Shown: one piece after another, positions 1-8,757 of the stretch
Layout: the number at the start of each line of letters is the position of its first letter
How positions within the stretch are numbered: the stretch's first letter is position 1
Origin: Promethearchaeota archaeon
GTDB lineage: Archaea; Asgardarchaeota; Lokiarchaeia; Sigyniarchaeales; SOKP01
Direction of reading: 5' to 3'
Length of the DNA stretch: 24,000 bases
Assembly (NCBI GenBank): GCA_048938445.1
Contig: JBHLME010000028.1
Location: 5,257 to 29,256 of the forward strand
Translations under genes and position numbers: made by a program
The notes under the pieces: model-generated
Database searches by the model: none
Seen by the model: the letters and a program-made list of their open reading frames with translations, nothing else
What the model was told of the DNA's origin: nothing

Positions 1-1770
1 AGTTTTTTCTGCTAAATACTTGGCTAATTCAGCACCAAATTGAATATATAGAAAATTTTGTTTTTCAAAATTCACTTTTAACTTTATTACCTCATAAATC
101 TCCAAACATTTATTTGCTGAGAGGGCCAATTCTTTTACATTTTTTAAACTTGATTTAAATTTTTTATTAGGAAAAGGATGTTTAAAGAGATAAGTATAAA
201 ATAGTGGGGGTAACAAAACTGAAACTCTATAATATAATGAAACTGAAGAACTTAAAACGGTAAACATTTCATTAAATTTTAAAAGATATTTCTTATTGAT
301 TCCATAAAAAAGATATCCATATTGATTTTTAAACTCATTATAATTAAAATTTGGAGTTGTCCAGGTAATTGCTCCTGTTAAGATAGAACCGAAGATTTCA
401 TTTTCCCTAAATGTATAATATCTTTGATCCCCCCAAGTACTTGTTATAAGCCCCAAACAGCCATAATCTCTATAATTATATGCTTCATTTGCTAAATTGA
501 TAATATTTTCACTAGCATTTTTATTATCTGGAAAATGTCTTTGCCAATTAAGCATAGAAGGGCTAAGAATAATTCTAAAACCTGCATTTAAAAGCTTCTT
601 AATTTCTGTATATTTTCCCTTTGGATCATAATTCCAATACATTAGAATGATATTTTTATTCAATTTTAAGATGATATCATCATTAATATTCAAGAGGTCA
701 TGATATATTATTACATTTTGATTGTTATTTCTTTTAGTGATATCAATAATTTTCTCACAAAATTCAATCATAATGTTATTTACTCCTTGTTTTTTACAAT
801 ATTCTTTAGAGCGCCCTTTTCCCAGATCATATGGTTCATCACATCCAATATGAAAATATTCTGTTGAGAAAGATTTACTCAACTCAGAGATGTAATCTTC
901 AATAAAAGAATAAATTTCTGGATTAGAAAGATCAAAACAATGAGCACCTGGGAATTCTCCTAAATGCATGTATTCCTCATGCATTAGAATATTATCAGCA
1001 TGGCCTAAACATTCAAAAATTGGAACTAATTCTACATAATGTTCTCTTGCAAACTTATCAATTTGCTTAATTTGATTAATTGTCAAGCGTCCCCGCTTTT
1101 TTCCTATCTTTGGATGCTTGGGATGACTAAATACATCTTCAATATAAAAACAACAAAAATTCAATTTATAATGACTTAAGATTTTTAAAAATCTTTTAGC
1201 ACTTTTAACCGTAAAAATCTGCCCACGTGAAATATCTAATGAAACTCCTCTAATTTTTAAATCGGGAACATCTTTAATTTCTATTTCAGGGAGATATAAT
1301 TCAGATCTTTCATTAATTGGGGCTTTGATTAATTTTTTATTAGAGAGCAAAGCGTTTTTCATTAATTGAATTATTGTTTGAACGCCATAAAATAATCCTT
1401 TTTCAAACTTACCATAGATGCATATTTTGTTATTTTTTATTTCTATATTATATGCTTCTTCATTATTAATGTCTAGAATATCCCATTCTGATTTTTGCTC
1501 TAGATAATATCTATCAGAATCCTTTATTTCACCTTCCTTTAGTTTTATCGAGGTGTTACTTCGTAAAAACTTATTAATATCATTGATTAATAATTTTGGT
1601 TTTGAAATGTTAAAATGAGTTAGAATGCATTCAGAACTTAGTATATAAGCATTATTTTCTTCAAGTTTATTGATTTGTTTAGGGAAAGGTATAAGCATTA
1701 AGGGCTCGGTCAAAAAATCTGGTACCTTATGTAAATTTGTAATAAATAATGCCTTTAATGAAGACCTCAT
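1..1770 (-). CDS. Glycoside hydrolase family 20-like protein (beta-N-acetylhexosaminidase-like), C-terminus beyond window edge
   Basis: Minus-strand frame opens with ATG (complement of 1768-1770) and runs 590 codons without a stop to position 1. It is missing from the ORF track because no stop lies inside the window. My translation contains GLFYGVQTIIQL (GH20 N-terminal domain pattern), RGVSLDISRGQ, and HIGCDEP (H-x-G-x-D-E catalytic pair region). Confidence 0.6.
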   Translation of the reverse strand, partial: MRSSLKALFITNLHKVPDFLTEPLMLIPFPKQINKLEENNAYILSSECILTHFNISKPKLLINDINKFLRSNTSIKLKEGEIKDSDRYYLEQKSEWDILDINNEEAYNIEIKNNKICIYGKFEKGLFYGVQTIIQLMKNALLSNKKLIKAPINERSELYLPEIEIKDVPDLKIRGVSLDISRGQIFTVKSAKRFLKILSHYKLNFCCFYIEDVFSHPKHPKIGKKRGRLTINQIKQIDKFAREHYVELVPIFECLGHADNILMHEEYMHLGEFPGAHCFDLSNPEIYSFIEDYISELSKSFSTEYFHIGCDEPYDLGKGRSKEYCKKQGVNNIMIEFCEKIIDITKRNNNQNVIIYHDLLNINDDIILKLNKNIILMYWNYDPKGKYTEIKKLLNAGFRIILSPSMLNWQRHFPDNKNASENIINLANEAYNYRDYGCLGLITSTWGDQRYYTFRENEIFGSILTGAITWTTPNFNYNEFKNQYGYLFYGINKKYLLKFNEMFTVLSSSVSLYYRVSVLLPPLFYTYLFKHPFPNKKFKSSLKNVKELALSANKCLEIYEVIKLKVNFEKQNFLYIQFGAELAKYLAEKT

Positions 1771-1931
1771 TGGGAAATATAGATATTTTTAATATTATTT
1801 AACTTTAATTCCATACTTTTTTATAATAAATCTTTTAAAGTTTATAAATTTAAAAAAAGATTATAAAAAATCAAAATAATAATAAGTTGTATAATAAATA
1901 TTATCAAATCCATATTAGAAGTGATAATGAA

Positions 1932-3149
1932 ATGAAAATTGATTATACGTCTTATAAAGATGTAGATTTAAAAGGAAAAAAAGTGTTAATGCGTGTTGAT
2001 ATCAACTCAAACATCGATCTAGAGAACAATAAGATTAGAGATTCACCTCGAATTCGTGCACTAGTTCCAGCATTAGAAGAGTTAAAAGAGAGTGCAATTA
2101 TTATATTAGCCCATCAATCTAGACCGGGAATGGATGATTTTACAAATTTAGATATCCATGCAAAAGAAATTGAAAGTCAATTGGGACGTCCTGTTAAATT
2201 TGTCGAGGATATTTTTGGAGCAAAAGCAGTAAATGCCATTAAAAATTTAAATCCTGGGGAAATCCTTGTTTTAAACAATGTTAGAAAATATGAAGAGGAA
2301 ATGAAAAATTATAAAGAATTTTCAGATGCAGAAAATACTGAAATGATTAAAACTTTATACCCTTTAATAGATTACGCAATAGTGGATGCTTTTGGAGCAG
2401 CTCATAGAGCTCACGCATCAATTGTCGGATGGCCAAAAATGTTAGCGGGGCCTATTACAACCAAAGAATTATATGCCTTGAAAAAAATAATGGATGAACC
2501 CGACAAACCAATGGCAATGTTGATTGGAGGAGCAAAAGCAATAGATAAATTTAAGGCAATGAATTATAATTTTGAAAATGACAAGCTAGATTATGCCTTA
2601 TGTTCGGGATTGACAGCGATATTAATATTTGAAGCTTTAGGTAAAGATATGGGAAGTGTAAATCATAAAATCATAGCAGAAGATTTAGAAGCAAATAAGA
2701 GCATGATTGCTGAAACCTATAAGAAATTTAAAGATAAAATAATCCTCCCTCAAGATCTAATCATTGACGAAAATGGTAATAGAAAAACCATTACAATTGA
2801 TGAAGCAGGTACCGCCAACACCACTACAGGTGATATTGGACCAAAAACTTCTGAAAACTTTAAGGAGATAATCATGAAAAGCAAGACCATTGTTGCAAAT
2901 GGGCCACCAGGAATATTCGAGAAAGAGGTGTTTAAAAAGGCAACCTATGACATGGTAGATGCGATGGTTGAAGCCACTAAAAAAGGTGCCTTAACAATAA
3001 TTGGGGGCGGCGAAATGGGTGCAGCGGCAGAAATGTCTGGTAAAGGTGATGGTATTTCTTTCATATCTACGGCAGGTGGAGCAATGTTAGAAATACTCTC
3101 AGGGAAAGATCTTCCCATGATAAAAGCATTAAGGGAAAAGAAACTATAA
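1932..3149 (+). CDS. pgk: Phosphoglycerate kinase (archaeal type)
   Basis: The translation MKIDYTSYKDVDLKGKKVLMRVDINSNI...RIRALVPALEEL...LAHQSRPG...GGGEMGAAAE matches PGK N-terminal and C-terminal hallmark segments. The track ORF starts at TTG 1887, but ATG 1932 gives the usual PGK N-terminus. Confidence 0.9.
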   Translation: MKIDYTSYKDVDLKGKKVLMRVDINSNIDLENNKIRDSPRIRALVPALEELKESAIIILAHQSRPGMDDFTNLDIHAKEIESQLGRPVKFVEDIFGAKAVNAIKNLNPGEILVLNNVRKYEEEMKNYKEFSDAENTEMIKTLYPLIDYAIVDAFGAAHRAHASIVGWPKMLAGPITTKELYALKKIMDEPDKPMAMLIGGAKAIDKFKAMNYNFENDKLDYALCSGLTAILIFEALGKDMGSVNHKIIAEDLEANKSMIAETYKKFKDKIILPQDLIIDENGNRKTITIDEAGTANTTTGDIGPKTSENFKEIIMKSKTIVANGPPGIFEKEVFKKATYDMVDAMVEATKKGALTIIGGGEMGAAAEMSGKGDGISFISTAGGAMLEILSGKDLPMIKALREKKL

Positions 3150-3170
3150 TTTTTTTTTATATTTTTTTTT
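3150..3170 (+). terminator. Oligo-T termination signal after pgk
   Basis: Two T9 runs (3150-3158 and 3162-3170) follow the pgk stop codon directly. Oligo-T tracts are the usual archaeal intrinsic terminator signal. Confidence 0.4.
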
Positions 3171-3260
3171 ATTAATCATTTAACCTTTAGAGAAAAATTC
3201 TTTAAGCTTATAGTTTTAGTTATATTATAAAGTCTTATAATATTAATTTATATTTAATAG

Positions 3261-3361
3261 GCGCCCGTGGTCTAGAAAATTAAGGATTTCGCTTAATTGG
3301 ATAATGGTATGACGTCCGCTTGACGTGCGGAAGGTCGGGAGTTCAATCCTCCCCGGGCGCA
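3261..3361 (+). tRNA. tRNA-Val (anticodon GAC) with a roughly 28-29 nt intron in the D-loop
   Basis: Acceptor stem is GCGCCCG/CGGGCGC. T-arm is GGGAG-TTCAATC-CTCCC. Anticodon arm is TCCGC-TTGACGT-GCGGA, variable loop AGGTC, discriminator A, followed by a T8 run. The D-loop is interrupted at about 3276-3304 by an insert that folds as a 7-bp hairpin AATTAAG/CTTAATT. Removing it restores GTCT-AG(T/AT)GGTA-TGAC. Confidence 0.85.
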
Positions 3362-3591
3362 TTTTTTTTAAAGAATCTATTGTAATCTGTCTAAATCAAT
3401 ATCTTTTCCTGAAAGAATGTCATTTTAGTCATCTAATTTCTATAAAAATTTTGTTGGATTTAAAATTATATTATCTAGCTTTATCAATATTGATCTTGCT
3501 AGATTTATTAAGATCATTAAATAAAATATTAAATATAGAAAAAATCTATTAAAAAATTATTTCATAATTTATTTTAAGACGTTTTATCCAC

Positions 3592-5097
3592 ATGTCATTT
3601 TCAAAACCACTTAAAATTAGAAAGTTGCCATCTTTAAAGGAAGAAGTAAGAGTAAATATAAAAGATCTTAAGAAACTTTTATTTAACTCTGAATCCAATG
3701 AAAGTTGGAGTCTAAATAAATCAATTCTTGGATCTTATGCATATAAAATTCTTAAAGAACTGATTAAAATTCGGATTAATTATGGAATTTTGAATAATAT
3801 TAGAAAAACATTTGCCCAAATAGGAATTAAAAATATTTTAAATATACTTTTACTACAAATACACTTACTTGATGAAATGTCAAAAATCAATAGAAAATTT
3901 ATAAAGCAAGGGTGGAAACCACCTAATTTGATATATGAAAACAAAACTCCATTTTATACAATTAAAGAAGCTCAAAAAGAAGACGGAATGACGTCCTATG
4001 AGCGATTTAATACCGCAATTCAGCTAAAAGAGCCAGATAGGATTCCCATAACACCTTTAATGGACTACTACTATGCTGCAAATAATAACATGTCTGCAAA
4101 AGAATTTGTTCTCGCACCTTTTGAAAGAGTGTTTAATGCGGTAAGAAATACTTATAATCGTTTTAATGGAGTTCTGGATATGGTACATGTTCCCATGGGG
4201 CGCCTTTACGCTTTTTATAACATGCTACCATTAGCTCAGTCGGGATATTATGGGGAGCTAATTTATCCTGATGAAGTACCTAGTTCTTTACAATTTATCG
4301 AAAAAGGATACATTGACGTAAAAGATTTTAATCAAATCAAGAAAAATGGTCTAAAATCCATATGGAAACCAGTTAATCTCGAAAAAATTACCGATACTCA
4401 AGCAGATATAATAAAAATCGGTAAATTTATTAATTACTGGGAAAAGGATAAGAAAGTTCCTGTTTATGCGTCTAGTGGTATTATAACACCCTTAGAAGGG
4501 TTATGTTATTTAATGGGAATTAAAAATTGGTCAAAAGCGATAATTAAAAATAAAGAAGAAGTTAAAGAAATATGTGATTTATTTCTTAAAGGGATGATGG
4601 CAAATAATCTAATGATGTATCTATTTACTCAGGTAAAAAGAACGTATGTTTGTTTAGAGCGTGTCAGTTCTACCTTTCTTTCTCCGAAGAATTTTGAGGA
4701 ATTAGTGCTTCCTAGCTTGCTTACTATAATTAAATCGAACGTGAGGAATGGATTAACGACAGTGTTTCATATGGATACGGATTGGACACCATTTTTTCAT
4801 TATTTCCTAGAATTTCCTAAAAATGGGAAATACATTTTACATTTAGAAGATTCAGACATCTTTAAAGCTAAAGAAATGTTAGGTGATAGGTTTTGTTTGA
4901 TGGGCAATATTCAAACTAAACTCCTTCGATTTGGAACAGAAAAACAGATTGAGGATTATACAAGAAAATTAATAGAGATTTGCGGTGCAGGAGGCGGATA
5001 TTTAATGGCAGAAGGATGTGAAGTCGCTCCAGATACCCCAATGAGAAATATGAAAGTATGGATTGAAACCACTTTAAAATATGGTAAATATTCATAA
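3592..5097 (+). CDS. Uroporphyrinogen decarboxylase (URO-D)/MtaA-like methyltransferase family protein with an N-terminal extension
   Basis: From about residue 133 (ATG 3988) the sequence is URO-D/MtaA-like: MTSYERFNTAIQLKEPDRIPITPLM near the start and GGGYLMAEGCEVAPDTPMRNMKVWIE at the C-terminus. The upstream 132 codons are stop-free despite the AT-rich background, so they are probably translated, but I recognise no domain in them. Confidence 0.75.
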   Translation: MSFSKPLKIRKLPSLKEEVRVNIKDLKKLLFNSESNESWSLNKSILGSYAYKILKELIKIRINYGILNNIRKTFAQIGIKNILNILLLQIHLLDEMSKINRKFIKQGWKPPNLIYENKTPFYTIKEAQKEDGMTSYERFNTAIQLKEPDRIPITPLMDYYYAANNNMSAKEFVLAPFERVFNAVRNTYNRFNGVLDMVHVPMGRLYAFYNMLPLAQSGYYGELIYPDEVPSSLQFIEKGYIDVKDFNQIKKNGLKSIWKPVNLEKITDTQADIIKIGKFINYWEKDKKVPVYASSGIITPLEGLCYLMGIKNWSKAIIKNKEEVKEICDLFLKGMMANNLMMYLFTQVKRTYVCLERVSSTFLSPKNFEELVLPSLLTIIKSNVRNGLTTVFHMDTDWTPFFHYFLEFPKNGKYILHLEDSDIFKAKEMLGDRFCLMGNIQTKLLRFGTEKQIEDYTRKLIEICGAGGGYLMAEGCEVAPDTPMRNMKVWIETTLKYGKYS

Positions 5098-5212
5098 TAA
5101 TATTTTGTTTTGCTTTGATTAATAAAAAAATAATTTTATAATGATCAAAAAGCTAATGGTACCAACCTAAAAAATTAAAAAAAAAAACAATATAATGTTA
5201 ATAATTCCACAC

Positions 5213-5488
5213 TCATACCTCTGATATAGTAATTAAAGATTGATTTTTAGTTAATTCATTTAACATGCTATCGATTATTGTTCCATAATCTGCTATTTCT
5301 AGCTTGATTAACCTGTTTTTAAAAGAATTATTGATAACTTTATATAAATCACCATAATTTACTGATCTTAACTCAACAAAAGCCCCTAACTCTTCTTTTA
5401 TAGATAATTTTAACAACCCCCTAGCTGCTGTAGGGCTAATACCAATTTCTTTTGCTAAGAATTCTCCCAAATATCTAATAATTTCCAT
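5213..5488 (-). CDS. Hypothetical small helical protein (91 aa)
   Basis: Stop-free ORF with an ATG start and no overlap with another gene. I recognise no motif. Confidence 0.45.
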   Translation of the reverse strand: MEIIRYLGEFLAKEIGISPTAARGLLKLSIKEELGAFVELRSVNYGDLYKVINNSFKNRLIKLEIADYGTIIDSMLNELTKNQSLITISEV

Positions 5489-5808
5489 TAAAACTCCTAA
5501 TTATCAATTAAATTCTTAATTATGTAATTAGTTTAATCATTACATTCCAAATTATATTCTTGAATAGATTTGATTGGATTAATCTAAATATTGTATTTAT
5601 CCAATTTAATATACAAATTTTGTTATATAATCTTATCTTTTATCAAACATGAATGGACATAAAAATGTATAAAAAAATCACTAGCAAGACAGTAATTTTA
5701 AGGTTTTTATGATAGCGTTTGAATATAACTAATTTTATGAATTTTTTATTTAACATTAAACACCATTGTTCAATAGAAAAGTATCTTTTTATAGGGGCTA
5801 TATCTCAT

Positions 5809-6798
5809 CTATATAATTTTCAATCGTTCTAATAATCCAGTAACTAAAATTGGTAACGCAATTGTAGCATCACACCATATGCTAACGTATTTCGAATCTA
5901 AGGAATATTTTCCCCATGATTTTGATTCAGAAATAGTGCATCCTGAAAGCCCACCATCATATTCCATCGCAGTGTGGATACGGACAGAATAATTATAACC
6001 CATTGTTTCAATATTATCAATCTGTTCTAACAAAGGAAATACTTGTTGAGCCCAATTTCTTGGTACACCCCCTCCAATTATTAGTGTTCCGCATTCTTTT
6101 GTTCTTCTAATGATGTCTGCAAATCGACTGACATCGCCAAGAATATCAAATTGAAAATCATAACCTTCTCTAACCATATATTTAATGAGATTGAGTGCAA
6201 ATTCAGAATCTGAAAACGCAGGAACAAAAATAGGAATATCATTATCAGCCGCAACTGAAAGAATACATCTACTTTGAATATTTTTCCCAATCACATTCAA
6301 TAACTCTGAAGGTGTTGTAATTACTTCTTTTTTTGTATAGATTTGATGAATAATTTCTAAAAGTTTATTCTCCGCTAATTTATAGTTCTCTTCGGGAAGA
6401 AAAACATCATAAATACGATTTATTCTATTCTCAAATAAATCATCATCCGAAACTTCCGAGCTTCCTACATAATGCCCGATACCAGAAACAACATCAACTA
6501 AGTCATGTATGATGTTTGCTCCAGTAGTAACCAAAACATCGATTAATTTATTTTCCATTAAGACGCAAATTAAATCTCCCATTCCTGCAGGCACCATTGC
6601 CCCACTTAATGTCAGTACAGTTAGAATTTCTCTATTTGTTACCATTTTTTCCAGAATATCAAGACTCCTTCCTAGATTTCTTCCTTGAAAACCGCAGAAT
6701 TTTAAATTTTCCAAGAGATCACTAATTTTTTTAACCGATTTTACATCAAAAGGTGCAATTTTTTTGATTAAATAATCTTTATGTTCATTAGGAGGCAT
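5809..6798 (-). CDS. dys: Deoxyhypusine synthase
   Basis: Family patterns present: FQGRNLGRSLDILEKMV, LSGAMVPAGMG, VLVTTGANIIHDL, IIGGGVPRNW, and the catalytic-lysine region SESKSWGK. Confidence 0.9.
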   Translation of the reverse strand: MPPNEHKDYLIKKIAPFDVKSVKKISDLLENLKFCGFQGRNLGRSLDILEKMVTNREILTVLTLSGAMVPAGMGDLICVLMENKLIDVLVTTGANIIHDLVDVVSGIGHYVGSSEVSDDDLFENRINRIYDVFLPEENYKLAENKLLEIIHQIYTKKEVITTPSELLNVIGKNIQSRCILSVAADNDIPIFVPAFSDSEFALNLIKYMVREGYDFQFDILGDVSRFADIIRRTKECGTLIIGGGVPRNWAQQVFPLLEQIDNIETMGYNYSVRIHTAMEYDGGLSGCTISESKSWGKYSLDSKYVSIWCDATIALPILVTGLLERLKII

Positions 6799-7150
6799 GT
6801 TATTTTCTAATTTTTTTTATTTATTATAATAATTAATCAAAAAGCTAATTAAAATTTTGCTTGCATATTCATCCTTAAAAGCTAATGAATATATTTTTTT
6901 AAACAAGTGAGATATTTTTTAATCATTTAAATACATCTTAAATTTTTACTTTTTATAAAATAAAGTCTATACAATCCATCAATTCTTTAAAAAAAAAAAT
7001 ATTAGAATTTAATCTTCTAAATTGGTTTATAAAATAAACTTTAGAATCAAGTGATTTAATAATATACTTTCGTTTTCAGAAAATTTAAAAATTAATGATA
7101 CATGTTAGAAATATAACAAATAAAATATTTTGTAATAGGGTTTTTTTAAA

Positions 7151-7699
7151 ATGTCGCTAGTTCCAAAAGCAGTATTTTTTGTAAAGGGTATTGGATACCA
7201 TAAATCTAAATTAGGTTCATTTGAACAAGCTTTGCGAGATGCTGGTATCGCACAATTTAATTTAGTTAAGGTTAGTTCGATATTACCTCCATATTGTCTT
7301 GAAATTCCGCAAGAAGATGGTTTAGCACAATTAAGAGACGGTCAAATTGTGTTTAATGTCATGAGTAGGGCTAGCAGTAATGAATTTAACCGACTTATAT
7401 CAGCGTCTATAGGGGTTGCGAAACCAGCGGATCAAAGAACTTATGGTTATTTGAGTGAACACCATGCTTTTGGGGTCACACCTGAAAGAGCTGGAGAATT
7501 TGCCGAAGATTTAGCAGCAGAATTATTGGCAACGACTTTAGGAGTTCAATTTGATCCTGAAGCTGATTATGATGAGAAAAAAGAAATTTTCAAGGTGGAT
7601 GGTAAAATTATAGAAACAAAGAACATTACAGTATCCGCTACAGTTAAAAGTGAGGGAGAATGGTTAACTGTGCTTTCAGCAGCTGTTTTCATTCTATGA
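7151..7699 (+). CDS. pdaD: Pyruvoyl-dependent arginine decarboxylase
   Basis: The N-terminus VPKAVFFVKGIGYHKSKLGSFEQALRDAGIAQFNLVKVSSILPP contains the self-cleavage V-S-S-I-L-P site typical of PdaD. The length of 182 aa also fits. Confidence 0.9.
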   Translation: MSLVPKAVFFVKGIGYHKSKLGSFEQALRDAGIAQFNLVKVSSILPPYCLEIPQEDGLAQLRDGQIVFNVMSRASSNEFNRLISASIGVAKPADQRTYGYLSEHHAFGVTPERAGEFAEDLAAELLATTLGVQFDPEADYDEKKEIFKVDGKIIETKNITVSATVKSEGEWLTVLSAAVFIL

Positions 7700-7890
7700 T
7701 TATAAAATGTTATACTTTCTATAAATATTACTTTAAAGATTTATTCTTTTAAGGCAATTTAAATTTCATTTTTCATTGATGCCAATTTCTTTTTATCACG
7801 ATTCCGTGATTTAGGACGCTTTCATTAACTTTAATTTCTTAAAAAAATATTAAAAGTTAATGAGATAGTTATTTATTAAGAGAATAAAAA

Positions 7891-8370
7891 ATGCCTTTAA
7901 GAATTCGTTGGAAATCGGGAGAATATCTCCCTTTTGCATTAATGATGTTCGGAATGTGTGGTTTATTCCAATTGATTTTTATATTTATAGCTCAATATTT
8001 TTTAGATATTGGTAATTATTTTATCATTATCATCATTCCTATTGCGGTTACCGCAGCATTATATTATTCTTCAAAAATCATTTTTGAAAGTTATGCACAG
8101 ATTGAAAGAAGAAATAAATTGAAAAGCCAATTTCGAAAAGCAAAAATAAGCGAAACAAGAATTAAAAAGATACTCGAATTCCCAATTTCTAAACCTATCT
8201 TGGTTACTTTTGGAATTTTTACATTTCTGTTTATTATTGGATATATAATATGTATATTGTTTTCAGATAGCATGGTTTCCTTTTTAATAGCGGAAAATGC
8301 AGGTGCAATAGCATGTTTAGTATTTGCGGACTATTTTGAGAAAAATTATGGAAAAATTAGGAGATTCTAA
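7891..8370 (+). CDS. Hypothetical integral membrane protein (about 4 TM segments)
   Basis: Four long hydrophobic stretches are separated by a basic loop (RRNKLKSQFRKAKISETRIKK). ATG start. No recognised family. Confidence 0.5.
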   Translation: MPLRIRWKSGEYLPFALMMFGMCGLFQLIFIFIAQYFLDIGNYFIIIIIPIAVTAALYYSSKIIFESYAQIERRNKLKSQFRKAKISETRIKKILEFPISKPILVTFGIFTFLFIIGYIICILFSDSMVSFLIAENAGAIACLVFADYFEKNYGKIRRF

Positions 8371-8757
8371 AATATTCGAATTAAAAGTGTGATAAAGCTA
8401 TAGTTCGATTAATAGCTCTTTTTGGACTTTTCAACAATATTAATTCATTTTAATACTAGGTCTTTTCTTATTGTGAAATATATTTTTTATCAAATTTACT
8501 TTAAAGTTAAATTTTTAAGGTCAAATAAAAGCTCTGCTAAAATGATTTTCATGTATTTAATATAGATTTATATTTACGATAATTGAATATTATTATGTAT
8601 CGAAAAAAAACAAATAACTTTGAATATTAAATCATCATTAAAAAATTATATAACAATATCCACATAGATATCTAAGTATAAGTTTGAAAACAGAGCAGGT
8701 GTGTTAGATTAGGAAATGGAATATTTTTTCCGAGAAATAGGGGGTTAAATATATCAT

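Noticed and set aside
1887-1931. TTG start for pgk at 1887
   Set aside because: The extra 15 residues (MYNKYYQIHIRSDNE) have no counterpart in PGK N-termini. ATG 1932 gives the canonical N-terminus.
3325-3552. 75-aa ORF starting inside the tRNA-Val gene
   Set aside because: Its first part overlaps the tRNA 3' half and the rest runs through AT-rich spacer. The translation is low-complexity, so the tRNA explains the locus better.
6081-6290. ORF 6081-6290, nested inside the deoxyhypusine synthase gene (same strand, different frame), and the similar nested or antisense ORFs 8091-8273, 8892-9110, 12248-12493, 13494-13709, 17638-17919, 20122-20340 and 22338-22553
   Set aside because: All are nested within, or largely overlap, confidently assigned genes and show no recognisable motifs. 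They are treated as shadow ORFs. Except for 6081-6290, which is on the same strand as dys in another frame, they lie on the opposite strand to the gene they overlap.
5144-6853. Shared 14-mer ATCAAAAAGCTAAT at about 5146-5159 and 6837-6850, with a related AAAAGCTAAT at about 6877
   Set aside because: A 14-nt match within AT-rich intergenic DNA of this window size is expected by chance. There is no extended similarity around the matches.
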